Positions 41,177-50,885 of a stretch of DNA of 64,000 bases are shown piece after piece (positions within the stretch are counted from its first letter, which is position 1; the number at the start of each line of letters is the position of its first letter). The stretch is from Calditrichales bacterium (lineage in GTDB: Bacteria; Calditrichota; Calditrichia; Calditrichales; J004): NCBI GenBank assembly GCA_965267575.1, contig OZ254086.1:2912001-2976000 (forward strand). Reading direction: 5' to 3'. The notes beneath the pieces were generated by a model. It had not been told where the DNA came from. It ran no database searches and saw only the letters and a list, made by a program, of their open reading frames with translations. Made by a program: the position numbers and the translations under genes.

Positions 41177-42169
41177 GTGTTGATGCCTGTTGTAATTGGT
41201 GGCGGTGCCATCCTGCTTGTCGCGCTGCTTTACCTGATTATACGTGCCATGCGCCAGGAACCGATGCCGGCGGAAGGGACGCTGGAAAACCGCACCCGTG
41301 ATATTCTGCGCAAAGTAAAACAGATCGAGATATCGACGCGCAGCGTGGTGAATGAGGTTTTCTCCGGCGAGTACCATTCGGTTTTTAAAGGGCGCGGTAT
41401 GGAATTTGCCGAAGTGCGCGAATATCAGCCGGGTGACGATGTGCGTACCATCGACTGGAACGTGTCGGCACGCAACGGCCACCCCTTTGTAAAAGTATTT
41501 GAAGAAGAACGCGAGCTTACAGTGATGCTGCTGGTGGATGTGAGCGCCAGCGGCAGTTTTGGCACGGCGGAACAATTCAAACGCGAGATGGCCGCGGAGA
41601 TGAGCGCCGTGTTGGCTTTTTCGGCCATTAAAAATAATGACAAAGTGGGGCTGATGATTTTTTCGGACCGCATTGAAAAATTTATACCGCCGCGAAAAGG
41701 CAAAAGCCACGTGTTGCGGGTTATCCGCGAAATTCTTTTTTACACGCCGCAGGACGCGCAGACCAATCTGTCCGTCGCGCTGGAATATCTGTTACGCGTC
41801 ATAAAGCGGCGCAGCACCGTTTTCCTGATCTCCGATTTTATGGCCGAAGGTTACGAAAAAGCGCTGCATGTGGCGTCGCGCCGCCACGATATCATCGCCA
41901 TCAGCATCAGTGATCCGCGCGAGGTATCACTGCCCAATGTGGGCGTGGTGGAGTTGCAGGACAATGAAACGGGCGAGATTGTTGAACTGGACACGGGGCA
42001 TCCGCAGGTACGTAACCAGTTTTATCAGAATTTTGTGAAATGTAACCGCGATCTAAAACGTTTATTACGCCGGGTCGGTATCGACCACGTCGAGGTCTTT
42101 ACCGATCGTTCTTACACGGAACCGATTATACGCTTTTTTAAGATGCGTGAGAAAAGGATGGCGGGGTAA
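41177..42169 (+). CDS. DUF58 domain (VWA-like) protein
   Basis: GEYHSVFKGRGMEFAEVREYQPGDDVRTIDWNVSAR, FLISDF. Confidence 0.93.
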   Translation: MLMPVVIGGGAILLVALLYLIIRAMRQEPMPAEGTLENRTRDILRKVKQIEISTRSVVNEVFSGEYHSVFKGRGMEFAEVREYQPGDDVRTIDWNVSARNGHPFVKVFEEERELTVMLLVDVSASGSFGTAEQFKREMAAEMSAVLAFSAIKNNDKVGLMIFSDRIEKFIPPRKGKSHVLRVIREILFYTPQDAQTNLSVALEYLLRVIKRRSTVFLISDFMAEGYEKALHVASRRHDIIAISISDPREVSLPNVGVVELQDNETGEIVELDTGHPQVRNQFYQNFVKCNRDLKRLLRRVGIDHVEVFTDRSYTEPIIRFFKMREKRMAG

Positions 42170-43038
42170 TGAAACGATCCATAATAATTTTAGTGCTTGC
42201 GCTTTTCGCTGTTTTTAATGCGCAGCTTTTGGCCCAGGAAGAGAAGGAAGGCAAGCTGGGCGATTTTGAAGATGCCGTGGAAAAAGGCAGCGACGATGAC
42301 GATGACGTCGAAGCCGGGATTGGCTGGTTTGAGATCATGATCAATCTGTTGTGGAGCAGCGAGCCCGAGCCTGCTTCGTTTAATTCCCTCGATGAAGATT
42401 CCAGTGATATGGAAGAATACGATGCCTTTGCCGGATGGCATCCGCGACAGGTGAGTTTTGGCGCGTATCCTTTTGACCGCAACGGATTCGTTCACGGCGA
42501 TGATCTGGGGAAGCCTTTTCTGGTGCGCATGTCGGGCAGTTTTCAGCAGATTGACAGTCACACCAGCGGCATGCGTTTACAGGCCGATATGCAGCTGAGC
42601 GGCTACCACGGCCTGCGCGGCGACGTGACGCTGTATCGTGAAAACCTGCGAACGCGCACCGACCAGCTTAAAGTTATCAGTCTGGATTACCGCTACCTGT
42701 TTGTGGCGCAGGATCGTTTTATGCTTTCCGGGATCGCCGGCGGGCGTCTGCTGTTGCCGGATAAGGAGCGTGAAAGTCACATCGGGCTGGACCTGGGTTT
42801 GAGCGGCCAGTGGTTTATAGCCAATCCGCTGAGTTTAGACTTTATGTTTCAGGTCGTTCCGATCCTCGATGAATTTCGTTTTGACCGCGAAGAGAATCCG
42901 GCCTTTATGGAACTGGAAATCGGCGCAGGATTACATTTTCAGCATATTGAAGTATTTGGAGGCTATCGCGGTCTCTTCCCGGATGGTATGAGTGGCGCGA
43001 TACACGGGCCGCAAATCGGTTTTCGCCTGTGGCTCTGA
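42169..43038 (+). CDS. Hypothetical exported protein, probable outer-membrane beta-barrel
   Basis: Signal peptide, alternating beta pattern, terminal GPQIGFRLWL. Coupled TAATG. Confidence 0.6.
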   Translation: MKRSIIILVLALFAVFNAQLLAQEEKEGKLGDFEDAVEKGSDDDDDVEAGIGWFEIMINLLWSSEPEPASFNSLDEDSSDMEEYDAFAGWHPRQVSFGAYPFDRNGFVHGDDLGKPFLVRMSGSFQQIDSHTSGMRLQADMQLSGYHGLRGDVTLYRENLRTRTDQLKVISLDYRYLFVAQDRFMLSGIAGGRLLLPDKERESHIGLDLGLSGQWFIANPLSLDFMFQVVPILDEFRFDREENPAFMELEIGAGLHFQHIEVFGGYRGLFPDGMSGAIHGPQIGFRLWL

Positions 43039-43062
43039 GACAATCGGACAAGAAAATAAATA

Positions 43063-44088
43063 TTGCTTTTAAAATTGAAAAACAGATTTACTCTTTTTAC
43101 AGAGCGGACATTGTTTAAGCTTCTTCCCCTGGTTCTTATCGGGTTTTTGCTCAGTGCGGCGCAGGCGCAGGAGTCGCTGATCGAGGTGGACGCGCAGGTT
43201 GATACGACGCTGATCAGTATTGGCGACCGCGTGACCTATGACCTGCGCATTTCTTACGCTCCGCAGATTGCCGTAAGCATTCCGGATAAGATTTCGTTCG
43301 GTGCATTTGAACTGAAGGACAGCCAAAGCTTTCCGCCAAAGGAAAGATCCGGTCTTTTAACGAGGCGCAACCTTTACACGCTGACCGTCTATGATACCGG
43401 CCGTTTCGAAATTCCGCCTGTCGAGATTTTATACAGCCACCGTGACAGTGTCGGGCAGCAGCGCATTCTCACGCCGCCGATCGCGGTGCAGGTGCAGAGC
43501 GTGCTTGCCGGTACGGAAGACCCGCAGCTCCAGGATATCAAGGAGCCGTTGGAGATACCTTTTGATTATATGTTTCTCTGGTCGGTTATCGGCATTGGCG
43601 CCATTTTGTTAATTGCCGCCTGGATGGGTTACCGCATGTGGCGCAAAAAACAGGAGCAGGGCTACGTCTTTACACCTCCCGCGCCGCCCAGGCCGGCCCA
43701 TGAGGTGGCGCTGCAGGAACTGCGCGCACTCTATGCGTCCGATTTGCTGGAAAAAGAACTGTACAAGTTTTTCTTTTCGCGGCTATCGGAAATTCTGCGT
43801 ACCTACCTGGAGGCGCGCTACTTTGTCTCGGCGCTGGAAGAGACCACAGAAGAAATCTACCGCGACCTAAAAAAACATACGGAAGAAGAGCCGCGCCGCC
43901 GCCTGCGCCTGATACTGGAGCTGGCCGACCTGGTCAAGTTTGCCAAGTATATCCCGTCGGACAAAGAAACCGAAGAGGCTAAGGATTTGAGCGTGCGTTT
44001 TGTGCAAGAGACAAAAATCGTTTACACCATTTCGGAAGAAAACGACACGGGGCAGGAAGTAGCTGCCGCCGTGGCAAAGGAAAACTAA
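43063..44088 (+). CDS. BatD-like/DUF4381-type membrane protein of bat operons
   Basis: VDTTLISIGD, DIKEPL, TM helix, PAHEVALQEL, ILRTYLE, ADLVKFAKY. Confidence 0.8.
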   Translation: MLLKLKNRFTLFTERTLFKLLPLVLIGFLLSAAQAQESLIEVDAQVDTTLISIGDRVTYDLRISYAPQIAVSIPDKISFGAFELKDSQSFPPKERSGLLTRRNLYTLTVYDTGRFEIPPVEILYSHRDSVGQQRILTPPIAVQVQSVLAGTEDPQLQDIKEPLEIPFDYMFLWSVIGIGAILLIAAWMGYRMWRKKQEQGYVFTPPAPPRPAHEVALQELRALYASDLLEKELYKFFFSRLSEILRTYLEARYFVSALEETTEEIYRDLKKHTEEEPRRRLRLILELADLVKFAKYIPSDKETEEAKDLSVRFVQETKIVYTISEENDTGQEVAAAVAKEN

Positions 44089-44099
44089 AGGAGGTTGAT

Positions 44100-45032
44100 G
44101 TGATCGATGTTAACGGATTGACCCGTTTTTATGGGGAAAAGCGTGCCATATCCGACGTGACCTTTCATGTCAATAAAGGTGAAATTCTTGGTATGCTTGG
44201 CCCCAACGGAGCGGGCAAAACAACCACGATGCGCATCCTGACCTGTTATATGCCGCCCACTGCCGGCACGGCTACAGTTGGTGGTTTTGATATTTTGGAG
44301 CAGAGTCTGGACGTGCGCAGAATTACCGGCTACCTGCCGGAAAACCCGCCGCTGTACCACGATTTTCGCGTGACCGATTATCTGGATTTTGTCGCCCGCA
44401 TAAAGGGCGTGGAAAAAGCGCGTCGCGCAGCGGAGATAGACAAAGCCATAGAAAAGGCCAATCTCGGCGATGTACAGCGACGCATTATCGGTAAACTCTC
44501 CAAGGGCTACCGGCAGCGCGTGGGGCTGGCGCAAAGTCTTTTAAACAATCCGCAGATTGTTGTGCTGGATGAGCCCACCGAAGGGCTGGATCCCAACCAG
44601 AAAGCGGAATTTCGCGAGCTGGTAAAAGGCCTGGCCGGCGAACACACCGTGATTCTTTCATCGCACATTCTGCCGGAGATCGAGCAGACCTGCGAGCGCG
44701 TTGTGATCATCGATGACGGCAAGGTAGTGGCGGAAGACAGCCTGGAGAATCTGGTGCGCAGCATAAAAGGCAGCGAGCGCATCCTGCTGCAGATTGACGG
44801 TGCGGAGGACCAGGTGCGCAAAGCACTTGGCGCCGTGCAAGATGCACAGAACATAACGCTGACCACAAAAAACGGCATCTGCCATGCCCGTGTGGAAAGC
44901 AGCAAAGACATTCGCAGCGCGCTGGCCAAAGCAACTGTTGAAAACGGCCTGGGACTGCTCGAACTCTCCGGAGAACGCTACACTCTGGAAGATGTATTTA
45001 CCAAACTGACGATGAAAGAAGAGGCTGCCTGA
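44100..45032 (+). CDS. ABC transporter ATP-binding protein (GldA-like)
   Basis: GPNGAGKTT, LSKGYRQRVGLAQ, LDEPT..LDPNQ, SSHIL. Confidence 0.92.
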   Translation: MIDVNGLTRFYGEKRAISDVTFHVNKGEILGMLGPNGAGKTTTMRILTCYMPPTAGTATVGGFDILEQSLDVRRITGYLPENPPLYHDFRVTDYLDFVARIKGVEKARRAAEIDKAIEKANLGDVQRRIIGKLSKGYRQRVGLAQSLLNNPQIVVLDEPTEGLDPNQKAEFRELVKGLAGEHTVILSSHILPEIEQTCERVVIIDDGKVVAEDSLENLVRSIKGSERILLQIDGAEDQVRKALGAVQDAQNITLTTKNGICHARVESSKDIRSALAKATVENGLGLLELSGERYTLEDVFTKLTMKEEAA

Positions 45033-45814
45033 TGAAAGCGATTTTTGCCATCTCTTTAAAAGAATACAAATCCTTTTTCTATTCGCCGGTAGGCTACCTG
45101 ATCCTGGCCGGCTTTACCGCTCTGACCGGAATCTTCTTTTACCTGAATGTCAGCTACTTCGTGGAAATGGCTTTTCGTGACGCCATGATGAGCCAGCAAT
45201 ACCGCATGCCCGGGCAGACATTAAACGTTAACCTGCAGGTGATCCGGCCCTTCTTTTACAACATTTCGCTGATCTCGCTGTTTACGCTGCCGTTGATCAC
45301 CATGCGCCTTTATTCTGAAGAAAAACGCGCGGGCACGGTGGAGTTGCTTTACACTGCGCCCATTACGCCGGCACAGATCATCACCGGGAAATTCCTGGCG
45401 GGATTGCTTTTTTACGTCGTCCTGCTGATCCCCACGATTCTGTTTAATCTGATACTGTTTGCCTATGGCGACCCTGAAATCTGGCCGTTGTTCAGCGGCT
45501 ATCTCGGACTCATCCTGATGGGCTCGGCCTATGTGGCGGCCGGTCTGCTCATTTCCACCATGACCGAGAACCAGATCATCGCCGCCATCGGTGGATTCGC
45601 TTTTTCGCTGCTGCTTTGGGCCTTTGGCTGGGGCGCTTCGCAGGCCGGCCCGGTGATGCGCGAAATCCTCAACTACCTGTCAATCATAAACCATTTTGAA
45701 GACTTTTCTCAGGGTGTCATCGACACCACACATGTGGCATACTACCTGTTGTTTTCCGCCGCTTTTCTCTATCTGGCGCACAAAATGATAGAGTCCGTAA
45801 AGTGGCGTGCCTGA
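45032..45814 (+). CDS. ABC-2 permease (GldF-like)
   Basis: KEYKSFFYSP, PLITMRLYSEEKRAGTVELL, TENQIIA. Confidence 0.9.
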   Translation: MKAIFAISLKEYKSFFYSPVGYLILAGFTALTGIFFYLNVSYFVEMAFRDAMMSQQYRMPGQTLNVNLQVIRPFFYNISLISLFTLPLITMRLYSEEKRAGTVELLYTAPITPAQIITGKFLAGLLFYVVLLIPTILFNLILFAYGDPEIWPLFSGYLGLILMGSAYVAAGLLISTMTENQIIAAIGGFAFSLLLWAFGWGASQAGPVMREILNYLSIINHFEDFSQGVIDTTHVAYYLLFSAAFLYLAHKMIESVKWRA

Positions 45815-45848
45815 TTTGATGTGAAATAAAACATGTGGAGATTTTAGA

Positions 45849-47351
45849 ATGCAAACATTGAAATCATATCTTGGAATTATCGGATTAGCCCTGCTGGCCG
45901 CGGCCTGGATCTGGTATTCGATCAGCAATATCTGGGGCGTCGTGAATTGGGTGTTGCTGGTGCCCGGTGTGGCCGCGTTGGGCTGGTTTTTATTTGAATA
46001 CTTTTCTAACCGCCGCAAAAATGTATCGGCCCACGCGCTGAAAAGAGGCTCCAATACCGCCGTGCAGGTGATTGTGGCGCTGGCCATTATTGCTATGCTG
46101 GCTTTTGTGACCAGCCGCCGCCACTATCGCGTGGACCTGACTGAAAACCAGTTGTACAGCCTGTCCGACCAAACCTTGAAAGTGCTGGAAAACCTGGAAA
46201 AAGATGTTCAGGTAAGAGCCTTCTTTAAAACGGATATGCACGAATTTGTGCAGGACCGCCTGGATGAATACGGCTATCGCTCGGCCAATTTCAGCTACGA
46301 AGTGATTGATCCCGATGAGCAGGTGGGCGTTGCCAGGCAATACGGTATCAGTAAATACAATACGCTGGCCGTGGAATCCGGCCCGAAGCGCGAACTGATC
46401 GAAAACCTGGAGGAGAAAGACCTGACCAACGCCATCATCAAGGTGACGCGGGAACAGGACAAAGTGGTCTATTTTGTGACCGGCCATGGTGAGAAAAACA
46501 TAGAAGATGATTCGCCGCAGGGCTATAAAAACGCCGCGGAGGCAATCAGCAAAGAAAACCATTCTGTTAAAAAACTGAATCTTATCCGTCGTGGCGGCGT
46601 ACCGGATAGCGCCCACGTGGTTGTTGTGGCCTCGCCGCAAGTGGATTACGCCCCCGCCGAGCTGGATTCGCTGGAATCCTTTGTTAATCGTGGCGGCAAG
46701 CTCATGCTGCTGCTCGATCCTGATGGTCCGGCCGGTATGCGTGCTTTTGCCGCGCGCTTTGGTGCCGATATAGGTGCTGACGTGGTCATCGACGGCTCCG
46801 GATTTGGCCAGCTGTTTGGCGCCGGTCCGGGTATGCCCATGGTGCAAAACTACGCCGATCATGAAATCACAAAAAATTTTGAACTGATGACCTTTTTCCC
46901 GCTGGCTTCGTCCGTTCAAAAGCAGGATGGTGACTGGAACATCACCGAGCTCCTGCAAACCTCGCAGCAGAGCTGGGCGGAAAAAGATTACGCCAGCGGT
47001 GAAGTATCTTACGACGAAAACGAAGACCGCATCGGGCCGATTACGCTGGCTGTGATTGCTGAGAAGGACGGCGACGCCGGAAAATCCGTTGTGGCTGTTT
47101 TTGGTGACAGTGATTTTGCCATCAACGGCTATTTTGGGCAGCAGGGCAATGGCGATTTGTTCCTCAATACGATCAATTACCTGGCTGAAGAGGAAGACCT
47201 GATCTCCATCCGGCCCAAGCGCCCGGATGACCGGCGGCTGACGCTTACACAGGCCGACGTCAGCATGATCTTTTACCTGGTTGTAATCGCCGCGCCGTTG
47301 TTGATGGTCGTGGCCGGTGTGGTTGTATTTATCAAACGAAATAAAAGCTGA
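45849..47351 (+). CDS. GldG-family ABC auxiliary component
   Basis: DLTENQLYSLSDQT, YFVTGHGE, GDSDF, NGDLFLNTINYL. Confidence 0.9.
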   Translation: MQTLKSYLGIIGLALLAAAWIWYSISNIWGVVNWVLLVPGVAALGWFLFEYFSNRRKNVSAHALKRGSNTAVQVIVALAIIAMLAFVTSRRHYRVDLTENQLYSLSDQTLKVLENLEKDVQVRAFFKTDMHEFVQDRLDEYGYRSANFSYEVIDPDEQVGVARQYGISKYNTLAVESGPKRELIENLEEKDLTNAIIKVTREQDKVVYFVTGHGEKNIEDDSPQGYKNAAEAISKENHSVKKLNLIRRGGVPDSAHVVVVASPQVDYAPAELDSLESFVNRGGKLMLLLDPDGPAGMRAFAARFGADIGADVVIDGSGFGQLFGAGPGMPMVQNYADHEITKNFELMTFFPLASSVQKQDGDWNITELLQTSQQSWAEKDYASGEVSYDENEDRIGPITLAVIAEKDGDAGKSVVAVFGDSDFAINGYFGQQGNGDLFLNTINYLAEEEDLISIRPKRPDDRRLTLTQADVSMIFYLVVIAAPLLMVVAGVVVFIKRNKS

Positions 47352-47367
47352 AAACGAAGAACTAAAA

Positions 47368-48696
47368 ATGCGTAACACATTGATTTTAATAGGAATAGCC
47401 CTTGCCCTTGGGGCTTATGTCTGGTTTTACGAAATCGAGGGCGAAGAAGAACGGCTGGCTGAAAAAGAAGAACAGGAACTGGTTTTCCCCGTTGAACGCG
47501 ACAGCCTGGTCTGGTTTAAAATCAATGACTTTGAGAAAGAGTTCGTCTTTGAAAAAAGGGACGGCACATGGATGATCGTACATCCGGTGGAAACGCGCGC
47601 TGACGAGTCGACCGTGGGCAGCTTTCTGAGCACGCTTACATCGGCCAAACGCGAGCGTTCTTTCGGGGCACAACCTGCGGACCTGGGGCAGTACGGTCTG
47701 TCGGAGCCTTCCATGCAAATCCGCCTACGCACACAAAGCGGGGCAAGCGATTCCCTTTTTCTTGGCGGCACCAGCAGCGTGGGTAGCAAGACATTCGTTT
47801 CCAAAGGCGATACGCTGGTGAGCCTTATCCCGCAGACGCTGAAAACAAATGCATCCAAAACGCTTTTTTCATGGCGTGATAAAAAGGTGCTGCATTTTGA
47901 TAAAAGCAACGTGCGCGAGATTGCTTTGAAGACGCCGCAGGGCGAGTTCCTGTTTGCCGGTAATGGCGGCTGGCAATTGAAAGAGCCGCTGGAAACACCT
48001 GCCGATGACGACGCCGTTCAGGCCATACTCAACAAGCTGGAATTTGGCAGGATTAAGTCCGTGGAAGCGGAAACAGCCTCGAACGCCGCACGCTATGGCT
48101 TGAACCGCCCGGCATACCGTGTAGAGTTGTTTTCCGGGCCGGAGAAAGCGAAACAGGAAATTGCTTTCTCAGCGCTAAAAGACGGCCGGGCATTTGGCAA
48201 AGAGGGGACACAGCCGCATATTTTTACGGTGGATTCGGCCTTTATAGCACCTTTTGCAAAAACGTTGCATGATCTGCGCGACAAGCAACTGCTGCGTTTT
48301 GACCGCAACACGGTTGATCACATTAACCTGCTGTATGAAGGCAACCTTCTGCGCATGGTTAAAGACAGCAGTGGCACCTGGCAATCGATGGAGGGACAGC
48401 CGCTGAAGACAACAATCGTGAGCCAGTTGCTTGGCGCCGTGGCCGACCTGAAGGTAGACCAGTTTGTAAAGGAAACCACACTGTACACGTTCCCTTACGG
48501 TTTGACCAATCCGCGGGGCACGTTGGAGCTTTTCGCCAACAAGGATAAGATAGTTGAATTGCAGATCGGCAATACGGAAAACGGCCGCGTCTACCTGCGC
48601 AAGCCGGAGTCGGGGCAAATTGTAGCCGTGAATGAATCTAAGCTGGATAAAATTCTGATCAGCAAGGAAGACGTTGTTGAAGGTAGCACAGATTAA
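47368..48696 (+). CDS. DUF4340 domain protein
   Basis: MRNTLILIGIALALG anchor; repeated YGL..P and WRDK/LRDK modules; follows gldG. Confidence 0.82.
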   Translation: MRNTLILIGIALALGAYVWFYEIEGEEERLAEKEEQELVFPVERDSLVWFKINDFEKEFVFEKRDGTWMIVHPVETRADESTVGSFLSTLTSAKRERSFGAQPADLGQYGLSEPSMQIRLRTQSGASDSLFLGGTSSVGSKTFVSKGDTLVSLIPQTLKTNASKTLFSWRDKKVLHFDKSNVREIALKTPQGEFLFAGNGGWQLKEPLETPADDDAVQAILNKLEFGRIKSVEAETASNAARYGLNRPAYRVELFSGPEKAKQEIAFSALKDGRAFGKEGTQPHIFTVDSAFIAPFAKTLHDLRDKQLLRFDRNTVDHINLLYEGNLLRMVKDSSGTWQSMEGQPLKTTIVSQLLGAVADLKVDQFVKETTLYTFPYGLTNPRGTLELFANKDKIVELQIGNTENGRVYLRKPESGQIVAVNESKLDKILISKEDVVEGSTD

Positions 48697-48724
48697 GCAC
48701 CTGTGTCATCCGGCCTATTTTGGA

Positions 48725-48835
48725 GATCAAGAGCAGATCATGATCAACAAGACCATGGACTTCGAGACTCCAAGACTTCAGGACGTCAAGACCATATTTG
48801 AGGCACCATAACACATTAACACAATAACACGTTTA
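48725..48835 (+). repeat. Complete three-module short-tandem-repeat element
   Basis: gatcaa gagca gatcat gatcaa; gacttcga gactccaa gacttcag gacgtcaa gaccatat; taacacat taacacaa taacacgt, just before the batA ATG. Confidence 0.8.
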
Positions 48836-48839
48836 TAGC

Positions 48840-49835
48840 ATGTTCGCATTTAAAGACCCGCTTTACCTGACATTGCTGCTGTTGTTGCTGCCGCTGGCCT
48901 GGTGGCTTTTTTTTGCCATGCGTCGGCGACGCGGCACGCTGAGCTATTCCAACGTGGCCCTGGCGCGTAATGCCGGCAGCAGTTGGCGGCAGCGGGCGAT
49001 TGTGGTGCTGCCGTTGCTACGGCTGCTGGCGCTGGCATTGGTTATTCTGGCACTGGCGCGACCGCAAAGCAGCAGCAAGGAAAGCACGGTGGTCACCGAG
49101 GGCATTGACATTGTGCTGGCGATGGATGTTTCCAGCAGCATGCTGTCGGTGGATTTTGAGCCGGCCAACCGCCTGGAAGCGGCAAAGAGCGTAGCCCGGG
49201 AATTTGTCAAAAGCCGGGTAAATGACAGGCTTGGCCTTGTGGTCTTTGCCGGTGAGAGTTTCACGCAATGTCCCTTAACGCTGGATTACAGTGTGTTGCT
49301 GACCCTGCTGGAGCAGGTGAAAGTGGCCGACGAAAAGTGGGACGGTACAGCCATCGGAATGGGATTGGTAAATGCCGTAAACCGCCTGCGCGAAAGCGAA
49401 TCCAAAAGCAAGGTGATCATTCTGCTGACCGATGGCAGCAATAACCGCGGCGAGGTGGACCCGATCACCGCTACGCAGATTGCCCAGACCTATGGCATTC
49501 GTATTTACACCATCGGGGCGGGGCGACGCGGCACGGCGCCATACCCGGTGCAGGACCCGTTTCGCGGCACACAGTTTATCCCGATGGAGGTGGACATCGA
49601 TGAAGAGCTGCTGCAGCAGATTGCCGATGCCACCGGCGGACGCTATTTCCGCGCCACTGATACGGAAAAGCTGAAAGCGGTTTACGACGAGATCAGCGAG
49701 CTGGAAAAAACAAAAATTGAAGTGCAGGAATTCACCCGCTATGAAGAGCTTTTTGCTTATTTTCTGGCGGCAGGTCTGCTGGGGCTGTTGATAGAGGCGC
49801 TGCTGTCGCACACGGTGCTGCGGCGATTGCCTTAA
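48840..49835 (+). CDS. batA: VWA domain protein BatA
   Basis: LALARPQ, DVSSSM (MIDAS), QCPLTLDY, DGTAIG, LLTDG. Confidence 0.92.
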   Translation: MFAFKDPLYLTLLLLLLPLAWWLFFAMRRRRGTLSYSNVALARNAGSSWRQRAIVVLPLLRLLALALVILALARPQSSSKESTVVTEGIDIVLAMDVSSSMLSVDFEPANRLEAAKSVAREFVKSRVNDRLGLVVFAGESFTQCPLTLDYSVLLTLLEQVKVADEKWDGTAIGMGLVNAVNRLRESESKSKVIILLTDGSNNRGEVDPITATQIAQTYGIRIYTIGAGRRGTAPYPVQDPFRGTQFIPMEVDIDEELLQQIADATGGRYFRATDTEKLKAVYDEISELEKTKIEVQEFTRYEELFAYFLAAGLLGLLIEALLSHTVLRRLP

Positions 49836-49847
49836 CAATTAAAAAGA

Positions 49848-50885
49848 TTGCTTATTATGGAAGTATTAAAATTTGCGCATCCGGAATGGTTTTATGCCCT
49901 GTGGGCGGTGCCGTTGCTGGCGCTGCTTATGTTCTGGGCGTTGCGCCGCCGCCGCGCCATGCTGGAGAAATTTGCCAGTTCGGCGCTGCTGCAGAGGTTG
50001 ATGCCCGGTTTTCGCGCCGGGCGCTGGAAATTAAAAGCGGTGCTGTGGCTGATCGCATTTTGCCTGTTTGTAATAGCGCTGGCTGATCCGCAAATTGGTA
50101 CCCGCCTGGAAGAGGTGAAGCGTGAAGGTCTGGATATTATCGTGGCGCTGGATCTTTCGCAAAGCATGCTGGCCGAGGATGTGGCACCCAACCGCCTGGA
50201 AAAGGCTAAATACGAGGTAGGCAAGCTGATCGATATTCTGGAAGGTGACCGTATTGGCCTTGTGGCCTTTTCCGGCATAGCCCACGTGCAGTGTCCGCTG
50301 ACTCTGGACTATGCCGCGGCCAGGCTGTTTTTGCGCATGATGGACCATAACCTGATCCCGCAACCGGGCACCGCTATCGGCGATGCCATTGAAACGGCCG
50401 TTAAAGCATTCGAAACAAAAGAAGAGCAGAACAAAGTACTGATACTGATTACGGACGGGGAAGATCATGAAGGTGCGCCTGTGGAAGCAGCCAGGGAGGC
50501 AGCGGAAAAGGGCGTCATAATTTACACGATTGGCATCGGGCGTGCGGAAGGGGTGCCGATACCAGTGTATGACAATCGCGGCAAACGCAGCGGTTATAAA
50601 AAAGACCGCGACGGCAACGTGGTAACCACACGGCTGGATGTAAACACACTGCGCGAAATCGCCGTGGCCAGCGGAGGGGAGTTTTACCAGGCAACAACAG
50701 GCGACGCCGAGTTGCGCGCCATCTATGACGAGGTGAACAAGCTGGAGAAAAAAGAGTTAACTTCACGTCAGTTTGCCCAGTACGAACACCGCTTTCAGAT
50801 ATTATTGGCGCTGGGCTTTTTGTTGATCGTTCTGGAAACCATGATACCCTTAAAAAGCAACAAGCAATATGAGCAGAAAAGTTAA
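49848..50885 (+). CDS. batB: VWA domain protein BatB
   Basis: DLSQSMLAEDVAPNRL, ITDGEDHEG, KKDRDGNVVTTRL. Confidence 0.92.
   Translation: MLIMEVLKFAHPEWFYALWAVPLLALLMFWALRRRRAMLEKFASSALLQRLMPGFRAGRWKLKAVLWLIAFCLFVIALADPQIGTRLEEVKREGLDIIVALDLSQSMLAEDVAPNRLEKAKYEVGKLIDILEGDRIGLVAFSGIAHVQCPLTLDYAAARLFLRMMDHNLIPQPGTAIGDAIETAVKAFETKEEQNKVLILITDGEDHEGAPVEAAREAAEKGVIIYTIGIGRAEGVPIPVYDNRGKRSGYKKDRDGNVVTTRLDVNTLREIAVASGGEFYQATTGDAELRAIYDEVNKLEKKELTSRQFAQYEHRFQILLALGFLLIVLETMIPLKSNKQYEQKS

Noticed and set aside
44100..47351. Gliding motility inferred from GldA/F/G homologs
   Set aside because: These ABC families are widespread in non-gliding bacteria; no motor genes are present.
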